Source: Nocardioidaceae bacterium
GTDB taxonomy: Bacteria > Actinomycetota > Actinomycetes > Propionibacteriales > Nocardioidaceae
DNA: 64,000 bases
Direction of reading: 5' to 3'
Assembly: GCA_035706365.1 (NCBI GenBank)
Contig: DASSVD010000236.1
Span: 1,526-65,525, forward strand
Shown: positions 1-13,409 of the stretch, piece after piece
How the letters are laid out: the number at the start of each line of letters is the position of its first letter
Position numbering within the stretch: position 1 is the stretch's first letter
Position numbers and translations under genes: made by a program
The notes under the pieces: generated by a model
Seen by the model: only the letters and a program-made list of their open reading frames with translations
What the model was told of the DNA's origin: nothing
Databases searched by the model: none

Positions 1-1430
<1,430 letters not shown>

Positions 1431-1437
1431 CGGGGAC

Positions 1438-1926
1438 TCACGGCTCGTCGTCGCCGGTGAGGTAGCGCCCGGCGACGGCCCGGTTGTAGCGAGCCAGCAC
1501 GCCGGCCAGCGCCGCCCGCTCGGCAGGCTCCCAGTCGGCGAGCAGCGCATCGGTCTCGACCAGGCGGCGCCGGCGTACCTCCTGCATCAGCGCGCAGCCG
1601 CGCTCCGTGGGCTCCACGATCCCGCGCCGCCGGTCGGCAGGGTCGGGAGTACGCCGCACCAGGTCACGGGCGACCATCGCGTTGACCTGGCGGCCCGACG
1701 TCGAGGGATCCAGCCCCAGGCGGGCGGCCAGGCCGGCGATGTCCAGCGGCCCGGCGGCCTCCAGGGTGCGCAGCAGCAGGTACTCCGAGCGCTCCAGCTC
1801 GGCGTAGATGTCGCTGCGCCGGCGCAGCATCTCGAAGTGCCGGACCAGGACCACCGTCTCGAGCTCGATGCGTGCCAGGTCGTCGCCCGGCGCCTGTTCG
1901 GCCCGCTTCGTCGATTTCATGCCCAT
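1438..1926 (-). CDS. MarR family transcriptional regulator
   Basis: Winged HTH: LAARLGLDPSTSGRQV...DPADRR. Start probably ATG 1926 or 1920, downstream of a TATGAT -10 box. Confidence 0.88.
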   Translation of the reverse strand: MGMKSTKRAEQAPGDDLARIELETVVLVRHFEMLRRRSDIYAELERSEYLLLRTLEAAGPLDIAGLAARLGLDPSTSGRQVNAMVARDLVRRTPDPADRRRGIVEPTERGCALMQEVRRRRLVETDALLADWEPAERAALAGVLARYNRAVAGRYLTGDDEP

Positions 1927-1935
1927 CCCCAATGC

Positions 1936-1948
1936 CGGTATCATACCG
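1936..1948. promoter_or_regulatory. Palindromic candidate MarR operator overlapping the marR -10 box
   Basis: CGGTAT-C-ATACCG has perfect 6-bp arms and lies in the short divergent marR/FUSC gap. The minus strand reads TATGAT. Confidence 0.6.
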
Positions 1949-1985
1949 ATGTCCTGCTTCATCGTAACCGCCCGCGCCCGTCCGG

Positions 1986-4280
1986 GTGGACACCGGAGGT
2001 CTCGTGCTCGATCGCGTCCTGCGCCAGCTCGCCGCCGTCCCGGACCGGCTGCTCGCCTCCGACCCGGGGCTGGGGCGGCTGCGCACGGCGTTCAACGCGG
2101 TGTTCGCGCTGGGCAGCTCGCTGGCGGTGGAGTACCTCGTCGCCCGGCTGATCGGGGCCGACGCCCGGGCCACGCTGGTGTCCCTGCTGCTCGGCGCCGT
2201 GGTCGCGATGATGGGGTCGATGGCGCTGACCGGGCCGGGCGTGTGGCGCAAGGTCAAGCTCGCCGTGTTCTTCCCGGTGGCGGTCGGCGTGGGCATGGTC
2301 GGCGGCGCGGCGGCCGGGAGCCACACCACGGTGATGCTCACCGGCTTCGTCGCGGTGATGTTCGTCGCGGTGTTCGTCCGGCGTTTCGGGATCCCGTTCT
2401 TCTTCTACGGGTTCATGGCATGGATGGGCTACTTCTTCGCCTCGTTCCTGCAGGCGACCCTGGCCGTGGTGCCGAGCCTGCTGGTCGCCGTCCTGGTCTC
2501 GTCGGTGTGGGTACTGGTGCTGTCGGTCACCGTCTTGCGCACCGACCCGCGCCGGGTGCTGGGGTCGACCTGGCGCGCGTACGACGCCCGTGGCCGGGCG
2601 GTCGCTCGTGCCGCCGCCGAGCTGCTCGAGCACCGCGACGAGGCGCGCCGACGGGGACGCTGGCAACGCCGCCTGTCCGCCCGCGAGGCGGGGCTCGCCG
2701 AGGCCGCACTCATGGTCGAGGGATGGTCCGAGGAGCAGGGCGCCCTGCCCGAGGGCTGGTCCGGTGCCGCGCTACGCCGCCGGTTGCTCGACTCCCAACA
2801 GGCGCTCGACCGGGTCGTCGGGTCCGCCGCCGCGCTGCAGGACGCCGACCCGGAGCTGGTCGGCAAGGCCGTCGTCCTGCTCGACCGGCTGGCGCGCTTC
2901 GAGCCGGGCGCCCGCCGTCTGGCCGCGATCGCCGCCGCCGAGCAGCTCGCGGACGCCGCCCGCGCGGCGGAGGCGCACGGGCACGAGGGTTGGTGGCAGG
3001 CGCGCCACCTGGCCTTCGCCGCCATCGACCTGATCGACCTCGCGGGGTCAGCCGGCGAGCCGCCCGAGGTCGAGCCCACCGACGAGGAGTACTCCGCCAC
3101 CACGCCGCTGATGATGGGCAACCTGCCCGGCGCCCCGGCCGTGGCCAGGGAGGTGCCTGCCCGGGGGATCCGGTGGAACCCCCTGGCCCGGATGGACATG
3201 ACCAGTCGTCAGGCGCTGCAGGCGGCGCTGGCCGGCGCCATCGCCATCGTCGCCGGCCGGGCGCTGTCCCCCAGCCGCTACTACTGGGCGGTCATCGCCG
3301 CCTTCGTGGTGTTCACCGGGACGGCCACCCGCTCCGAGACCTTCCTCAAGGCGCTCAACCGGGTGGTCGGCACGCTGGTGGGCCTGGTCGTGGCGATCTG
3401 GCTGGCGCACCTGACCTCGGGGCACACCGCCTGGGTGCTCACCGTGGTGCTGATCTCAATGTTCCTCGGCTTCTACCTGCTCCGGCTGTCCTACGCCTAC
3501 ATGATGTTCTTCATCACGATCATGGTCGGGCAGCTCTACACGGTGCTGAACATGTTCAGCAGCGAATTGCTCGTGCTCCGGCTGGAGGAGACCGCGGTCG
3601 GAGCGGCCGTGGGCATCGCGGTCGCGCTGGCGGTCACCCCGCTGTCCACCCGCGACACGGTCAAGGTCGCCCGGGACACCCTGCTGGAGGCGGTCCGCGA
3701 CCTCCTCGAGGGCGTGGCCGACCGGCTCACCGAGGAGGAGTCCCGCCCCGACCTCGACGGCCTCTCCCGGACAGTGGACAACCGGGTGCGGCAGCTGGTG
3801 CTGGTCGCGCAGCCGCTGACCCGGCCGATGCTGCTGGGCAACGACTCGCGGCACACCCGGCACCGGTTGGCGCTCTACCGGGCGCTTGGTGCCCACGTCC
3901 GGGCGCTGGTGGTCGGCCTGCGGCGCACCCGCCGGGTGGGCAGCGGTACGGCGTACGCCACAGCCGGCACTCCCGGACGCTCCGGCGAGGTCGCCGCCCC
4001 GGCCGACCCCAACCCGGCCGACTCCGCCCCGCCGGTGGACGATCGCAGTGTCGCCCAGGCGTGCCGCGCGCTGGCCCGGGCAGCCGAGGAGCTCACCGAG
4101 GCCGCTCCCGGCAAGGCAACCCCTGCGCTGGCCGAGCCGCTGGGCCGCGCGGACACCGCGGTATTCACCGACCACGACGACGCCCGCTCGGCCGACCCCG
4201 TGCGCCGCGCCCTGGTGCACCTGCACAGCACGCTCGGTGAGCTCGCCGACCCGTCGGGCGCCCGCGCAGCGGGACATTGA
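1986..4280 (+). CDS. FUSC / aromatic acid exporter family membrane protein
   Basis: Two multi-TM blocks; YYWAVIAAFVVF...RVVGTLVG...RLEETAVGA FUSC motifs. Confidence 0.88.
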   Translation: MDTGGLVLDRVLRQLAAVPDRLLASDPGLGRLRTAFNAVFALGSSLAVEYLVARLIGADARATLVSLLLGAVVAMMGSMALTGPGVWRKVKLAVFFPVAVGVGMVGGAAAGSHTTVMLTGFVAVMFVAVFVRRFGIPFFFYGFMAWMGYFFASFLQATLAVVPSLLVAVLVSSVWVLVLSVTVLRTDPRRVLGSTWRAYDARGRAVARAAAELLEHRDEARRRGRWQRRLSAREAGLAEAALMVEGWSEEQGALPEGWSGAALRRRLLDSQQALDRVVGSAAALQDADPELVGKAVVLLDRLARFEPGARRLAAIAAAEQLADAARAAEAHGHEGWWQARHLAFAAIDLIDLAGSAGEPPEVEPTDEEYSATTPLMMGNLPGAPAVAREVPARGIRWNPLARMDMTSRQALQAALAGAIAIVAGRALSPSRYYWAVIAAFVVFTGTATRSETFLKALNRVVGTLVGLVVAIWLAHLTSGHTAWVLTVVLISMFLGFYLLRLSYAYMMFFITIMVGQLYTVLNMFSSELLVLRLEETAVGAAVGIAVALAVTPLSTRDTVKVARDTLLEAVRDLLEGVADRLTEEESRPDLDGLSRTVDNRVRQLVLVAQPLTRPMLLGNDSRHTRHRLALYRALGAHVRALVVGLRRTRRVGSGTAYATAGTPGRSGEVAAPADPNPADSAPPVDDRSVAQACRALARAAEELTEAAPGKATPALAEPLGRADTAVFTDHDDARSADPVRRALVHLHSTLGELADPSGARAAGH

Positions 4281-4357
4281 CGACGGGTCGGCGGCCTGCG
4301 TTGAGACATTGACGACGGGTCGGCGGCCGGCGTTGGGACATTGACGACGGGTCGGCG
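4271..4357 (+). repeat. 32-bp tandem REP-like repeat, family A, about 2.7 copies
   Basis: G(G/A)GACATTGACGACGGGTCGGCG at 4271, 4303 and 4335. Confidence 0.9.
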
Positions 4358-6409
4358 TCAGTTGAGGGCGGCCTCCTGGAGGCGGAGGAACTCCAGGTGC
4401 CGCTCGTACTGGTCCAGCACGTCGTCGATCAGCTGGCCGTGGGTGTAACCCATCACGTCGTACTCCTGGCCCCCGTCGTCGAGGTGCACCTCGAGCCGCC
4501 AGTACGTGTCGTGTCCGCGGTGGCTCCGCTCGCCGAACACCGGTACCGGCACCTCGCTGGGGATGATCCGGTAGCGGAAGGGGTGGGCGCCGCTGAGGTC
4601 CGCGGCCAGCTCGATCACCGGCTGCCCGTCCGGCTGTACCCGTTGCGCCAGTGCGTCGATGCCCTGCTCGCGCAGCTCGCCGGCGACCTCGGTCAGCGCC
4701 GGGAGGACGACCTCGTCGGCGTACTCGAGCACCTTCTCGTGCTCCGGGAAGCTCAACGTACGGCGCAGCCGCTGTTGCCAGGTGCGGTGCACCAGCCGGT
4801 CCTCGACCGCCGCGCTGCGCCCGGACAGCACCGTGGGCAGGCTGCGGCGACGCCCCTGGACGCGGAAGTGCTCGACGCGCAGCGCCTTGTAGAGCCCGAT
4901 CATCACCAGCACGATCACGAACGCGAACGGCAGACCCATGATGATCGTGGCGTTCTGCAGCGCGGTCACGCCGCCCACCACCAGCATCGCCACGGTCAGC
5001 AGGCCGGTCACCACCGCCCAGAAGATCCGCACGCCGGCGTTGGCGTCGTCCTGCGGGGTGCGCAGGTGCGAGGTGAGGTTGCCCATCACCAGCGCGCCGG
5101 AGTCCGCCGAGGTGACGTAGAACAGCAGCCCGACGAACGTCGCGACGGAAGCGATCAGCCCGAAGGCGGGGTACTGCTGCAGCAGGGTGTAGAAGCCCTG
5201 CTCAGGGTGGTTCATCGCGGTGTCGCCGAAGCCGGCGTTGCCGCTGCGCACGATGTCGATCGCGCTGTTGCCGAAGATCGAGACCCACATCAGGACGTAG
5301 GTGAAGGGGATGATCAGCGTCCCGGCGACGAACTGCCGGATCGTGCGCCCGCGCGAGATGCGGGCCAGGAACAGGCCGACGAACGAAGCCCAGGCGATCC
5401 ACCAGGCCCAGAAGAACAGCGTCCACGCGCTGAGCCAGTCCACCGGCTGGTCGAAGGCGAAGGTCTCCATGGTCAGCCCGGTGAAGCTGGTGACGTAGTC
5501 GCCGACGTTGGTGACCAGGGCGTTGAGCAGGAACACCGTCCTGCCGGTGACCAGGATCCACAACGCAAGGCCGATGGCGAGCAGGACGTTGAGCTGCGAG
5601 AGTCGCTTGATGCCCTTGTCCACGCCGCTCACCGCGGAGACCGTGGCCATCACCACCGCGACGGCGACCAGCCCGACCTGGGCGGCGGTGCCCTGCGGGA
5701 TGCCGAGCAGGATGTTGAGTCCGAAGTTGAGCTGCACCACGCCGATCCCCAGCGACGTTGCGATTCCGAAGATGGTGCCGAGCACCGCAGCCAGGTCGAC
5801 CGCGTGGCCGAGGCCGCCGTACACGCGCTTGCCGAAGACGGGGTAGAGCGCGGAGCGGATCGAGAGCGGCAGGTTCATCCGGTAGGCGAAGTAGCCCAGT
5901 GCCATGCCCATCAGCGCGTACATCCCCCACCCGCTGATCCCGTAGTGGAACAGCGTCCACACGGTGGCCTGGCGGGCCGCCTCGACGGTCTCCCCCTGGC
6001 CGGTCGGCGGCGCGAGGTACTGGGTGACCGGCTCGGCGACGGAGAAGAACATCAGGTCGGTGCCGATGCCCGCGGCGAACAGCATCGCAGCCCACGAGAA
6101 GGTGCTGAACTCCGGGCGGGAGTGCTCCGGCCCGAGCTTGGTGTGCCCGTAGCGAGACACACCCAGAAAGATCACGAAGGCGAGGATCGCGGTGGCCAGC
6201 GCGATGTAGAACCAGCCGAACCAGCGCGACGTCCAGCCGACCAGCGTCCCGATCACGTCGGCGGCACCGCCCGGGTCGATCATCGCCCACACCGCGACCA
6301 GCACCACCCCGGTGGCCGATCCCCAGAAGACCACGTGGTTGGTCCGGGCGGCCGGCTCGGTGCTACCGGCTCCGCCGCCCTGCGCTTCGTGCTCGGTGGT
6401 CACGCTCAC
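4358..6409 (-). CDS. betT: BCCT-family choline transporter
   Basis: [14 protein letters not shown] and [12 protein letters not shown] motifs plus a long BetT C-terminal domain. GTG 6409 overlaps the betA TGA. Confidence 0.92.
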   Translation of the reverse strand: MSVTTEHEAQGGGAGSTEPAARTNHVVFWGSATGVVLVAVWAMIDPGGAADVIGTLVGWTSRWFGWFYIALATAILAFVIFLGVSRYGHTKLGPEHSRPEFSTFSWAAMLFAAGIGTDLMFFSVAEPVTQYLAPPTGQGETVEAARQATVWTLFHYGISGWGMYALMGMALGYFAYRMNLPLSIRSALYPVFGKRVYGGLGHAVDLAAVLGTIFGIATSLGIGVVQLNFGLNILLGIPQGTAAQVGLVAVAVVMATVSAVSGVDKGIKRLSQLNVLLAIGLALWILVTGRTVFLLNALVTNVGDYVTSFTGLTMETFAFDQPVDWLSAWTLFFWAWWIAWASFVGLFLARISRGRTIRQFVAGTLIIPFTYVLMWVSIFGNSAIDIVRSGNAGFGDTAMNHPEQGFYTLLQQYPAFGLIASVATFVGLLFYVTSADSGALVMGNLTSHLRTPQDDANAGVRIFWAVVTGLLTVAMLVVGGVTALQNATIIMGLPFAFVIVLVMIGLYKALRVEHFRVQGRRRSLPTVLSGRSAAVEDRLVHRTWQQRLRRTLSFPEHEKVLEYADEVVLPALTEVAGELREQGIDALAQRVQPDGQPVIELAADLSGAHPFRYRIIPSEVPVPVFGERSHRGHDTYWRLEVHLDDGGQEYDVMGYTHGQLIDDVLDQYERHLEFLRLQEAALN

Positions 6410-8142
6410 GCGTCGGCCTCCTTCTCGGTCGCCGGCCGCGCGGGACCGGACCAGGACAGCTGGTCGTTGCGGGGGTCGCCGGGCGGGTACAGCGGCAGGT
6501 CGCCGCCGTGCCGGTAGTACGGCGCGTGCTGGGGCGGCAGCGGTTCGTTGCCCGCGATCAGGTCGGCCGCCTTCTCGGCGACCATCATCACCGGGGCGTA
6601 GATGTTGCCGTTGGTCACGAACGGCATCACCGACGCGTCGACGACCCGCAGACCCTCGACACCGTGCACGCGCAGGGTGCCCGGGTCCACCACGGCGTCC
6701 GGGCCGGAGCCCATCTTCGCCGTGCAGGAGGGGTGCAGCGCGGTCTCGGCGTCGGCGGCGACCCAGTCGAGGATCTCCTGGTCGGTCTCCACCGAGGGAC
6801 CCGGCGAGATCTCCCCGTCGTTGAACGGCGCGAACGCCGGCTGGGCGAGGATCCGGCGGGCGGCGCGCACCATCTCCACCCACTCCCGACGGTCGTTCTC
6901 GGTGGACAGGTAGTTGAACCGCAGTGCCGGGTGCACGGAGGGGTCGGTCGAGGTGATCTTCACGCTCCCCCGCACGTCGGAGTACATCGGACCGATGTGC
7001 ACCTGGTAGCCGTGCTCGGCCGCGGGGCGCGACCCGTCATAGCGGATCGCGATCGGCAGGAAGTGGAACATCAGGTTGGGATAGGGGACCTCGTCGTTGC
7101 TGCGGATGAACCCGCCGGCCTCGAAGTGGTTGGAGGCCCCGACCCCCTTGCGCATCAGCCACTCCAGTCCGATGCGGGGCTTGTGCCGGTGCTTGAGCCA
7201 CGGCGCGATGGACACCGGCTGCTTGCTCGCGTGCTGGATGTAGACCTCGAGGTGGTCCTGCAGGTTCTCCCCCACGCCGGGCAGGTCGGCGAGCACGTCG
7301 ATGCCCAGCTGCTCGAGCTCGGCGGCGTTGCCGATGCCGGTCAGCTGCAGCAGCTGCGGGCTGTTGATCGCCCCGCCGCACAGGATCACCTCGCCGGCAT
7401 CCACGGACCGCGCGAGGCGTCCGCCGCGCAGGTAGTCCACGCCGACGACCCGGTTGCCCCGGGTGCGCAGGCCGGTGACCCGCGACAGCGTGTGCACGGT
7501 GAGGTTCGGGCGGCTCATCACCGGGTGCAGGTAGGCGCGCGCCGCGGAGAGCCGGCGACCGCGGTGCACGTTGCGGTCGAAGGGCGCGAAGCCCTCCTGC
7601 CGGTAGCCGTTGACGTCGTCGGTCAGCGGGTAGCCGGCCTGCTGCGCGGCCTCGAAGAACGCCCCGAACAGCGGGCTGCTGGCCGGCCCGCGCTCGAGGA
7701 CCAGCGGACCGGATCCGCCGCGCCACGTGTCGGCCCCGGCCAGGCAGGTCTCCATCCGCTTGAAGTAGGGCAGGCAGTGCGCGTAGTCCCACTGCTCGAG
7801 CCCGGGCTCGGCGGCCCACCGCTCGTAGTCCATCGGGTTGCCCCGCTGGAAGATCATCCCGTTGATGCTGCTCGACCCGCCGAGCACCTTGCCCCGGGCG
7901 TGGAAGATCCGCCGGCCGTTCATGTGCGGCTCGGGCTCGGACTCGTAGCGCCAGTCGTAGAGCGGGTTCCCGATCGGGTACGGCAGCGCCGCCGGCATGT
8001 GGATGAACGGGTCCACCTTCACGTCGCTGCGGCCGGCCTCGAGGACCAGCACGCTGGTGGAGGGGTCCGCGCTGAGTCGGTTGGCCAGCGCCGACCCGGC
8101 GGATCCACCGCCCACGATGACCACGTCGTACCGCTTGCTCAC
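6406..8142 (-). CDS. betA: Choline dehydrogenase (GMC oxidoreductase)
   Basis: [34 protein letters not shown] and [11 protein letters not shown] motifs. GTG 8142 overlaps the betB stop. Confidence 0.93.
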   Translation of the reverse strand: MSKRYDVVIVGGGSAGSALANRLSADPSTSVLVLEAGRSDVKVDPFIHMPAALPYPIGNPLYDWRYESEPEPHMNGRRIFHARGKVLGGSSSINGMIFQRGNPMDYERWAAEPGLEQWDYAHCLPYFKRMETCLAGADTWRGGSGPLVLERGPASSPLFGAFFEAAQQAGYPLTDDVNGYRQEGFAPFDRNVHRGRRLSAARAYLHPVMSRPNLTVHTLSRVTGLRTRGNRVVGVDYLRGGRLARSVDAGEVILCGGAINSPQLLQLTGIGNAAELEQLGIDVLADLPGVGENLQDHLEVYIQHASKQPVSIAPWLKHRHKPRIGLEWLMRKGVGASNHFEAGGFIRSNDEVPYPNLMFHFLPIAIRYDGSRPAAEHGYQVHIGPMYSDVRGSVKITSTDPSVHPALRFNYLSTENDRREWVEMVRAARRILAQPAFAPFNDGEISPGPSVETDQEILDWVAADAETALHPSCTAKMGSGPDAVVDPGTLRVHGVEGLRVVDASVMPFVTNGNIYAPVMMVAEKAADLIAGNEPLPPQHAPYYRHGGDLPLYPPGDPRNDQLSWSGPARPATEKEADA

Positions 8143-9647
8143 TGCTGCGCCCCTTCCGCCGGCGTGCCGAACCAGTACTGCGGTGCCGGGTCGATGTTGT
8201 GCCAGATGTGCTTGGTCTCGGTGTACTCCTCGAGCCCGGCCAGGCCGAGCTCGCGCCCGATGCCCGACTGCTTGTAGCCGCCCCACTCGGCCTGAGGTAC
8301 GTAGGGGTGGTAGTCGTTGATCCAGACCGTGCCGTGACGCAGCCGGTTGGCCACCCGCTGCCCCCGCCCGGCGTCGTTGGTCCACACCGCGCCGGCCAGG
8401 CCGTAGATGGTCTGGTTAGCCAGCGAGACCGCCGCGTCCTCGCGGTCGCGGTCCGAGCCGCCGGTGAACCGCTCCACGGTGAGCACCGGGCCGAAAGACT
8501 CCTCCTGCACCACCCGCATGTCCGCAGTGCAGTCGTCGAGGATCGTGGGCGGGTAGTAGAAGCCGTCGCGCAGCCGCGGCTCGTCCGGTACGACGCCTCC
8601 GGTACGCAGCCGGGCGCCCTCGGCCAGGCCGGCGGCGACGTACCGCTCGACCTTCTCGCGGTGCTGCGCCGAGATCAGCGGACCGGTGGTCGCCTCCTCG
8701 TCGAAGGGGCCACCCATCCGGATCTGGCGCGCCCGGCGGACCAGCTCGTCGACGAACTCGTCGTGGATCGAGTCCTCGACGATCAGTCGGGTGCCGGCCG
8801 AGCAGACCTGCCCGGAGTCGAGGAAGACCGCGGTGAGGGCCATGTCGAGGGCGGCCTCGCGGTCGGCGTCGGCGAAGACGATGTTGGGGTTCTTGCCGCC
8901 GAGCTCGAGTGCGATCTTCTTCACCGTCGGCGCCGCTGCGGCCATGATCGCGCGGCCGGTGACCACGCCGCCGGTGAAGGACACCAGGTCCACCCCGTCG
9001 GCCTCGGTGAGCACCCGGCCCACCGGGTCGCCGGGACCGAGCACCAGGTTGGCGACCCCGGCGGGCAGGCCGGCGTCCTCCAGGGCGTGGGCCAGCCAGA
9101 GCGCGGTGGAGGGGGTCAGCTCGCTGGGCTTGAGGACGAACGTGTTGCCGGCGGCCAGCGCGGGGGCGACCTTCCAGGAGGTCTGCAACAGCGGGTAGTT
9201 CCACGGCGTGATCAGCGCGCAGACGCCGACCGGCTCGCGCACCACCTTGCTCACCACGGTGTGCATGCCCGGGTCGACGACCCGTCCTGCGTCCACCCCG
9301 GCGAGACCGGCGAAGTGGCGGAACACCGCGATCACGTCGTCCATGTCGATCTCGGACTCGACCAGGCGCTTGCCGGTGTCCAGCGACTCCAGCCGGGCGA
9401 CCTGACCCTTCTCACGCTCGAGCCGGTCGGCGACCGCGTGCAGGATCCTGGCCCGCTCGGTGTGGTCGGCCTCGCGCCACGGGCCCTGGTCGAATGCGCG
9501 CCGCGCGGCTTCGACCGCCCGGGTGGCCTCCGCCGCGCCGGCCTCCGCCACGGTCGCGACCGGGCTCTGGTCGGCCGGGCACCTGATCTCCCGGGTCGCG
9601 CCGTCGTCGGCGTCGCTCCACTCTCCGTCGATGAACAGCTCCGGCAT
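8139..9647 (-). CDS. betB: Betaine aldehyde dehydrogenase
   Basis: [23 protein letters not shown] and EESFGPV motifs. AAGGAAGGAA RBS before ATG 9647. Adjacent to betA. Confidence 0.88.
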   Translation of the reverse strand: MPELFIDGEWSDADDGATREIRCPADQSPVATVAEAGAAEATRAVEAARRAFDQGPWREADHTERARILHAVADRLEREKGQVARLESLDTGKRLVESEIDMDDVIAVFRHFAGLAGVDAGRVVDPGMHTVVSKVVREPVGVCALITPWNYPLLQTSWKVAPALAAGNTFVLKPSELTPSTALWLAHALEDAGLPAGVANLVLGPGDPVGRVLTEADGVDLVSFTGGVVTGRAIMAAAAPTVKKIALELGGKNPNIVFADADREAALDMALTAVFLDSGQVCSAGTRLIVEDSIHDEFVDELVRRARQIRMGGPFDEEATTGPLISAQHREKVERYVAAGLAEGARLRTGGVVPDEPRLRDGFYYPPTILDDCTADMRVVQEESFGPVLTVERFTGGSDRDREDAAVSLANQTIYGLAGAVWTNDAGRGQRVANRLRHGTVWINDYHPYVPQAEWGGYKQSGIGRELGLAGLEEYTETKHIWHNIDPAPQYWFGTPAEGAQQ

Positions 9648-9764
9648 GGCTTCCTTCCTTCCCGGGGGTCTGTCGTGGCAACCACTCCGGGTCTCGGTGG
9701 TCTGGTCAGGGGCGCCGCCCCGCAGCAGCCGGCGGCACCCCCGTGGGGATGCCGCCGGCCGTGA

Positions 9765-9783
9765 GGTCTCGACGGGCTCGACC
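9765..9783 (+). repeat. REP-like family B, single copy
   Basis: GGTCTCGACGGGCTCGACC in the ectD-betB gap; matches the copies at 37050-37098 and 58271-58322. Confidence 0.7.
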
Positions 9784-9813
9784 GCCCGTGGCGTGGGTCC
9801 TGCCCCGGTGGGC

Positions 9814-10716
9814 TCAGCCCACCGGGGTGAAGTCGCGGGCGCCGATGAACTCCGGGCGCGGCTTGGCGGCGCCGAAGGGCTCCACGCAGGTGTTGTCCAC
9901 CGAGTTGAACACGATGAACACGTTGGAGCGCGGCAGCGGCGTGATGTTGCCGTTCGAGCCGTGCATGCAGTTGCAGTCGAACATGGTCGCGCCGCCGGCG
10001 CGGCCCTCCAGCACGTCGATGCCGTGCCGGTCGGCCAGCTCGGTGAGGCTGGCGTGGTCCGGGGTGCCCGCCTTCTGCTCGACCAGTGACGACTTGTAGT
10101 TGTCGTCGGGGGTCTCACCCACGCACGAGACGTAGGTCTTGTGCGAGCCCGGCATGATCATCAGCGGCCCGTTGTAGGAGTAGTTGTCGGTCAGCGAGAT
10201 CGAGATGCTCACTGCGCGCATCCGCGGCATGCCGTCCTCGGCGTGCCAGGTCTCGAAGTCCGAGTGCCAGTAGAACTCCTTGCCGGCGAAGCCGGGCTTG
10301 AAGTTCACGCGGCTCTGGTGGATGTAGACGTCCGAGCCGAGCAGCTGCCGCGCCCGGCCGACCACGCGGGGGTCGTTCGCGATCGCGGCGAACACGTCGC
10401 TGGTCTTGTGCACCTCGAAGATCGACCGGACCTCCTGGGACTGCCGCTCCACGACCGTGCGCTCGTCGGCGCGCACCGTCGGGTCCTCGGAGAGGCGGCG
10501 CAGCTCGGCGCGGAACGTCTCCACTTCCTCGGGGGTCACCAGGTCGGGCACGCTGAGGTAGCCCTTGGCGTCGAAGCCGTCCAGGGTGCCCTGGTCCATC
10601 GGGCCGTCAGCGGCGTCGCCCCACACCACGGGGTCCTGCCGCTCGCGCGGGGGCTCGGGGGTCCCCAGCCGGGTCGGGTAGAGGTCCTGGTGCTGCTCGG
10701 TGGCGGTCTGGCTCAT
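9814..10716 (-). CDS. ectD: Ectoine hydroxylase
   Basis: FYWHSDFETWHAEDGMP signature; FDCNCMHGSNGNITP. Confidence 0.96.
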   Translation of the reverse strand: MSQTATEQHQDLYPTRLGTPEPPRERQDPVVWGDAADGPMDQGTLDGFDAKGYLSVPDLVTPEEVETFRAELRRLSEDPTVRADERTVVERQSQEVRSIFEVHKTSDVFAAIANDPRVVGRARQLLGSDVYIHQSRVNFKPGFAGKEFYWHSDFETWHAEDGMPRMRAVSISISLTDNYSYNGPLMIMPGSHKTYVSCVGETPDDNYKSSLVEQKAGTPDHASLTELADRHGIDVLEGRAGGATMFDCNCMHGSNGNITPLPRSNVFIVFNSVDNTCVEPFGAAKPRPEFIGARDFTPVG

Positions 10717-10777
10717 CGGTTGTCCCTTCTCGCTCGCATGTGAGTCGGTCTCGGTGCTCGCTGCCGTGCCTCGGGCC

Positions 10778-11173
10778 TCAGCCGGCCTCCTCGACCAGCA
10801 GCGGGTAGACGCCGTGCTCGTCGTGCACCTCGCGACCGGTCACCGGCGGGTTGAACACGCACGCCATGCGCAGGTCGGTGGTGGCCCGGACGCGGTGGTG
10901 CTCGTGGCCGTCGAGCAGGTACATCGTGCCGTCGCGCAACGGGTGCACCTCCCCGGTCTCGTCGTTGATCAGCTCGCCCTCGCCGCCGACGCAGTAGACG
11001 CACTCGATGTGGTTGGCGTACCACATCGACGTCTCGGTGCCGGCGTACAGCACGGTGTCGTGGAAGGAGAAGCCGACGCCGTCCTTCGCCAGGACGAACC
11101 GGCGGCTGCGCCAGGTCTCGGCGCGGACGTCGGCGTCGGTTCCGTCGAGCTCGTTGAGGTGCTTGACCTGCAT
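10778..11173 (-). CDS. ectC: L-ectoine synthase
   Basis: [25 protein letters not shown] and [14 protein letters not shown] motifs. Confidence 0.96.
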   Translation of the reverse strand: MQVKHLNELDGTDADVRAETWRSRRFVLAKDGVGFSFHDTVLYAGTETSMWYANHIECVYCVGGEGELINDETGEVHPLRDGTMYLLDGHEHHRVRATTDLRMACVFNPPVTGREVHDEHGVYPLLVEEAG

Positions 11174-11254
11174 GTGTCTCCTTGGTCGATCGGTGTCGTG
11201 TGGGTCCGGGTGAGGTTGGGTTGGGTCGAGCGGAGTGGCGGTGCGCTCGAGGGC

Positions 11255-12544
11255 TCAGGCCGCCAGCGCTGCGTCCGCGGACTCCTCCAGGATCGCGATG
11301 CCGCGCGCCAGGTCCTCGGCGTCGATGGTCAGCGCGGGCATCACCTTGACCACCTCGCTCTCCGGACCGGACGTCTCGACCAGCAGCCCGCGGTCGAACG
11401 CCTCGGCGGCGATCCGTCCGGCCACCGACTCGTCCCGGAACGCGACGCCGGCCAGCAGCCCGCGGCCGCGTACCGCGGCTCCGTCGGCCTTCGTCGCGAT
11501 CCGGCGCAGGCCCTCGTGCAACGTCTCGATCGTGCCCTGGAGCTGCTTGGCGAACACGTCGTCGCTCCAGAACAGCTCCAGTGCCGCCGCGCCGGTCACG
11601 AACGCCGGGTTATTACCGCGGAAGGTGCCGTTGTGCTCGCCTGGCTCCCACGTGTCCAGCTCGGGGCGGAGCAACGTCAACGCCATCGGCAGCCCGGAGC
11701 CGGAGATGGACTTCGAGAGGCACACGATGTCGGGGACGATCCCGGCCTCCTCGAAGCTGAAGAAGGTGCCGGTGCGTCCGCAGCCGGCCTGCACGTCATC
11801 GACGATCAGCAGGATCTCGTGGCGCCGGCACAGCTCGGCCAGGGCGTGCAGCCACTCGGCCCGCGCAGCGTTGAGCCCGCCCTCGCCCTGCACGGTCTCC
11901 ACTATGATCGCGGCCGGCTTGTCCACGCCGGACCCGCTGTCCTGCAACACCCGCTCGAGCCACAAGAAGTCCTCGGTGGCGCCGGAGAAGTAGTCGTCGT
12001 AAGGGATCTTCGAGCTGTTGGTCAGCGGGATGCCGGCGCCCTTGCGCTTCATCGAGTTGCCGGTGACCGCCAGCGATCCCAGCGTCATCCCGTGGAAGGC
12101 GTTGGTGAAGGACAGCACGTGCTCGCGGCCGGTGACCTTGCGGGCCAGCTTCAGCGCCGCCTCGACGCTGTTGGTGCCGGTCGGCCCGGGGAACATCACC
12201 TTGTAGTCGAGTCCCCGCGGCTCGAGGATCAGCTCGTGGAAACGCTGCAGGAACGTCCGCTTGGCGGGGGTGTGCATGTCCAGCGAGTGCACCACGCCCT
12301 CGGAGCGCAGGTACTCCACCAGGGCCTCGATCAGCTCGGGGTGGTTGTGGCCGTAGTTGAGCGCGCCGGCGCCGGAGAAGAAGTCCAGGTAGGTGCGCCC
12401 GTCCTCGGTGTGCAGGTGGCTGCCCCGTGCGCGGGAGAAGACCGCAGGCCACGTGCGGCAGTAGCTGCGCACCTCGGACTCCAGCGAGTCGAAGACCGAG
12501 GTGCTCGTGCTGGTGTCGGGGGTCGTGCCGGCCGTGCTGGTCAT
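11255..12544 (-). CDS. ectB: Diaminobutyrate-2-oxoglutarate transaminase
   Basis: [23 protein letters not shown] and CLSKS (PLP Lys) motifs. GGAGG RBS before ATG 12544. Confidence 0.95.
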   Translation of the reverse strand: MTSTAGTTPDTSTSTSVFDSLESEVRSYCRTWPAVFSRARGSHLHTEDGRTYLDFFSGAGALNYGHNHPELIEALVEYLRSEGVVHSLDMHTPAKRTFLQRFHELILEPRGLDYKVMFPGPTGTNSVEAALKLARKVTGREHVLSFTNAFHGMTLGSLAVTGNSMKRKGAGIPLTNSSKIPYDDYFSGATEDFLWLERVLQDSGSGVDKPAAIIVETVQGEGGLNAARAEWLHALAELCRRHEILLIVDDVQAGCGRTGTFFSFEEAGIVPDIVCLSKSISGSGLPMALTLLRPELDTWEPGEHNGTFRGNNPAFVTGAAALELFWSDDVFAKQLQGTIETLHEGLRRIATKADGAAVRGRGLLAGVAFRDESVAGRIAAEAFDRGLLVETSGPESEVVKVMPALTIDAEDLARGIAILEESADAALAA

Positions 12545-12702
12545 CGTCGTCCTCCGTAGCTGTCGTGTGCCTGTGCGTGGTGCTCTGGTGTGTCGTTCTC
12601 GTGCGTGGCCGCCGCCGGCTCCGGGCGGGCGGAGGGTGCTCGGCTCCCCGGCGGTACGGCGTGGCGAGCGGGCGCCACCACCGCCGCTGCGGTGGCGACG
12701 GC

Positions 12703-13281
12703 TCAGCCGATCGGCCCGATGCGGAACAGCATCTCCGCGTCGTGGCCGTCGGGAAACATCCGTGCCTCGAACAGCGGCTCGCGCTGCAGGGTGCACCCGC
12801 GCGACTCGGCGACCGAGCCGAACAGCGCGATCGAGGCTGCGTTGTCCGCGGTGATCGTGGTCTCGAGCCACCGGGCACCGGTGGTGTCCAGCAGGTGCTG
12901 GATCATCGCGGCGGCGATGCCGCGGCCGCGTGCCGCGGCATCCACCGCCACCTGCCAGACCATCAGCGTGTCCGGCCGGTCGGGCCGCAGGTAGCCGGTG
13001 ACGAAGCCGCCGACCGCACCGGTCTCGATCTCGGCGACCACCGACGTCGCGGCGAAGTCTCGCGCCCACAGCAGGTAGGCGTACGAGGCGTTCACGTCGA
13101 GGACCTGTGATTCGGCGGCGATCCGCCACATCCGGGCTCCGTCGGCCAGCCCCGGTGGTCGCAGCCGAGCCGCGGTCCCGGGTTGCTCTCGGGACGCTTC
13201 CCCCGATGCGGGGTCGGCGGGCCGTGCGGGCTCGGTCGGCCCGGTGGGTGTGCTGTCTTCCTCTGGGACGGAACGGGTCAT
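12703..13281 (-). CDS. ectA: Diaminobutyrate acetyltransferase
   Basis: [19 protein letters not shown] and [11 protein letters not shown] motifs. Start set at ATG 13281. Confidence 0.92.
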   Translation of the reverse strand: MTRSVPEEDSTPTGPTEPARPADPASGEASREQPGTAARLRPPGLADGARMWRIAAESQVLDVNASYAYLLWARDFAATSVVAEIETGAVGGFVTGYLRPDRPDTLMVWQVAVDAAARGRGIAAAMIQHLLDTTGARWLETTITADNAASIALFGSVAESRGCTLQREPLFEARMFPDGHDAEMLFRIGPIG

Positions 13282-13409
13282 CGATGGCAACGTATCGGTC
13301 TGAGCGCAGAGTGCAACCCGACCGCGTGTCGCGAGGCCGTGTGGATCCTCACGTTTGACCGTCGCACTCGGCCCCGGCCTCACGTGGCTTCACGCGGCCT
13401 CAGGCGGCC

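Noticed and set aside
4271-4357. Family-A arrays as CRISPR arrays
   Set aside because: Only 2-3 units per array, the variable part is about 8 nt and similar between units, and there are no cas genes.
4358-13129. Track starts for betT, betA, betB, ectB, ectA (also recBCD, SBP and the SauUSI-like gene)
   Set aside because: The N-terminal extensions are low-complexity translations of upstream genes; GTGA/ATGA overlaps, SD sequences and -10 boxes give shorter starts.
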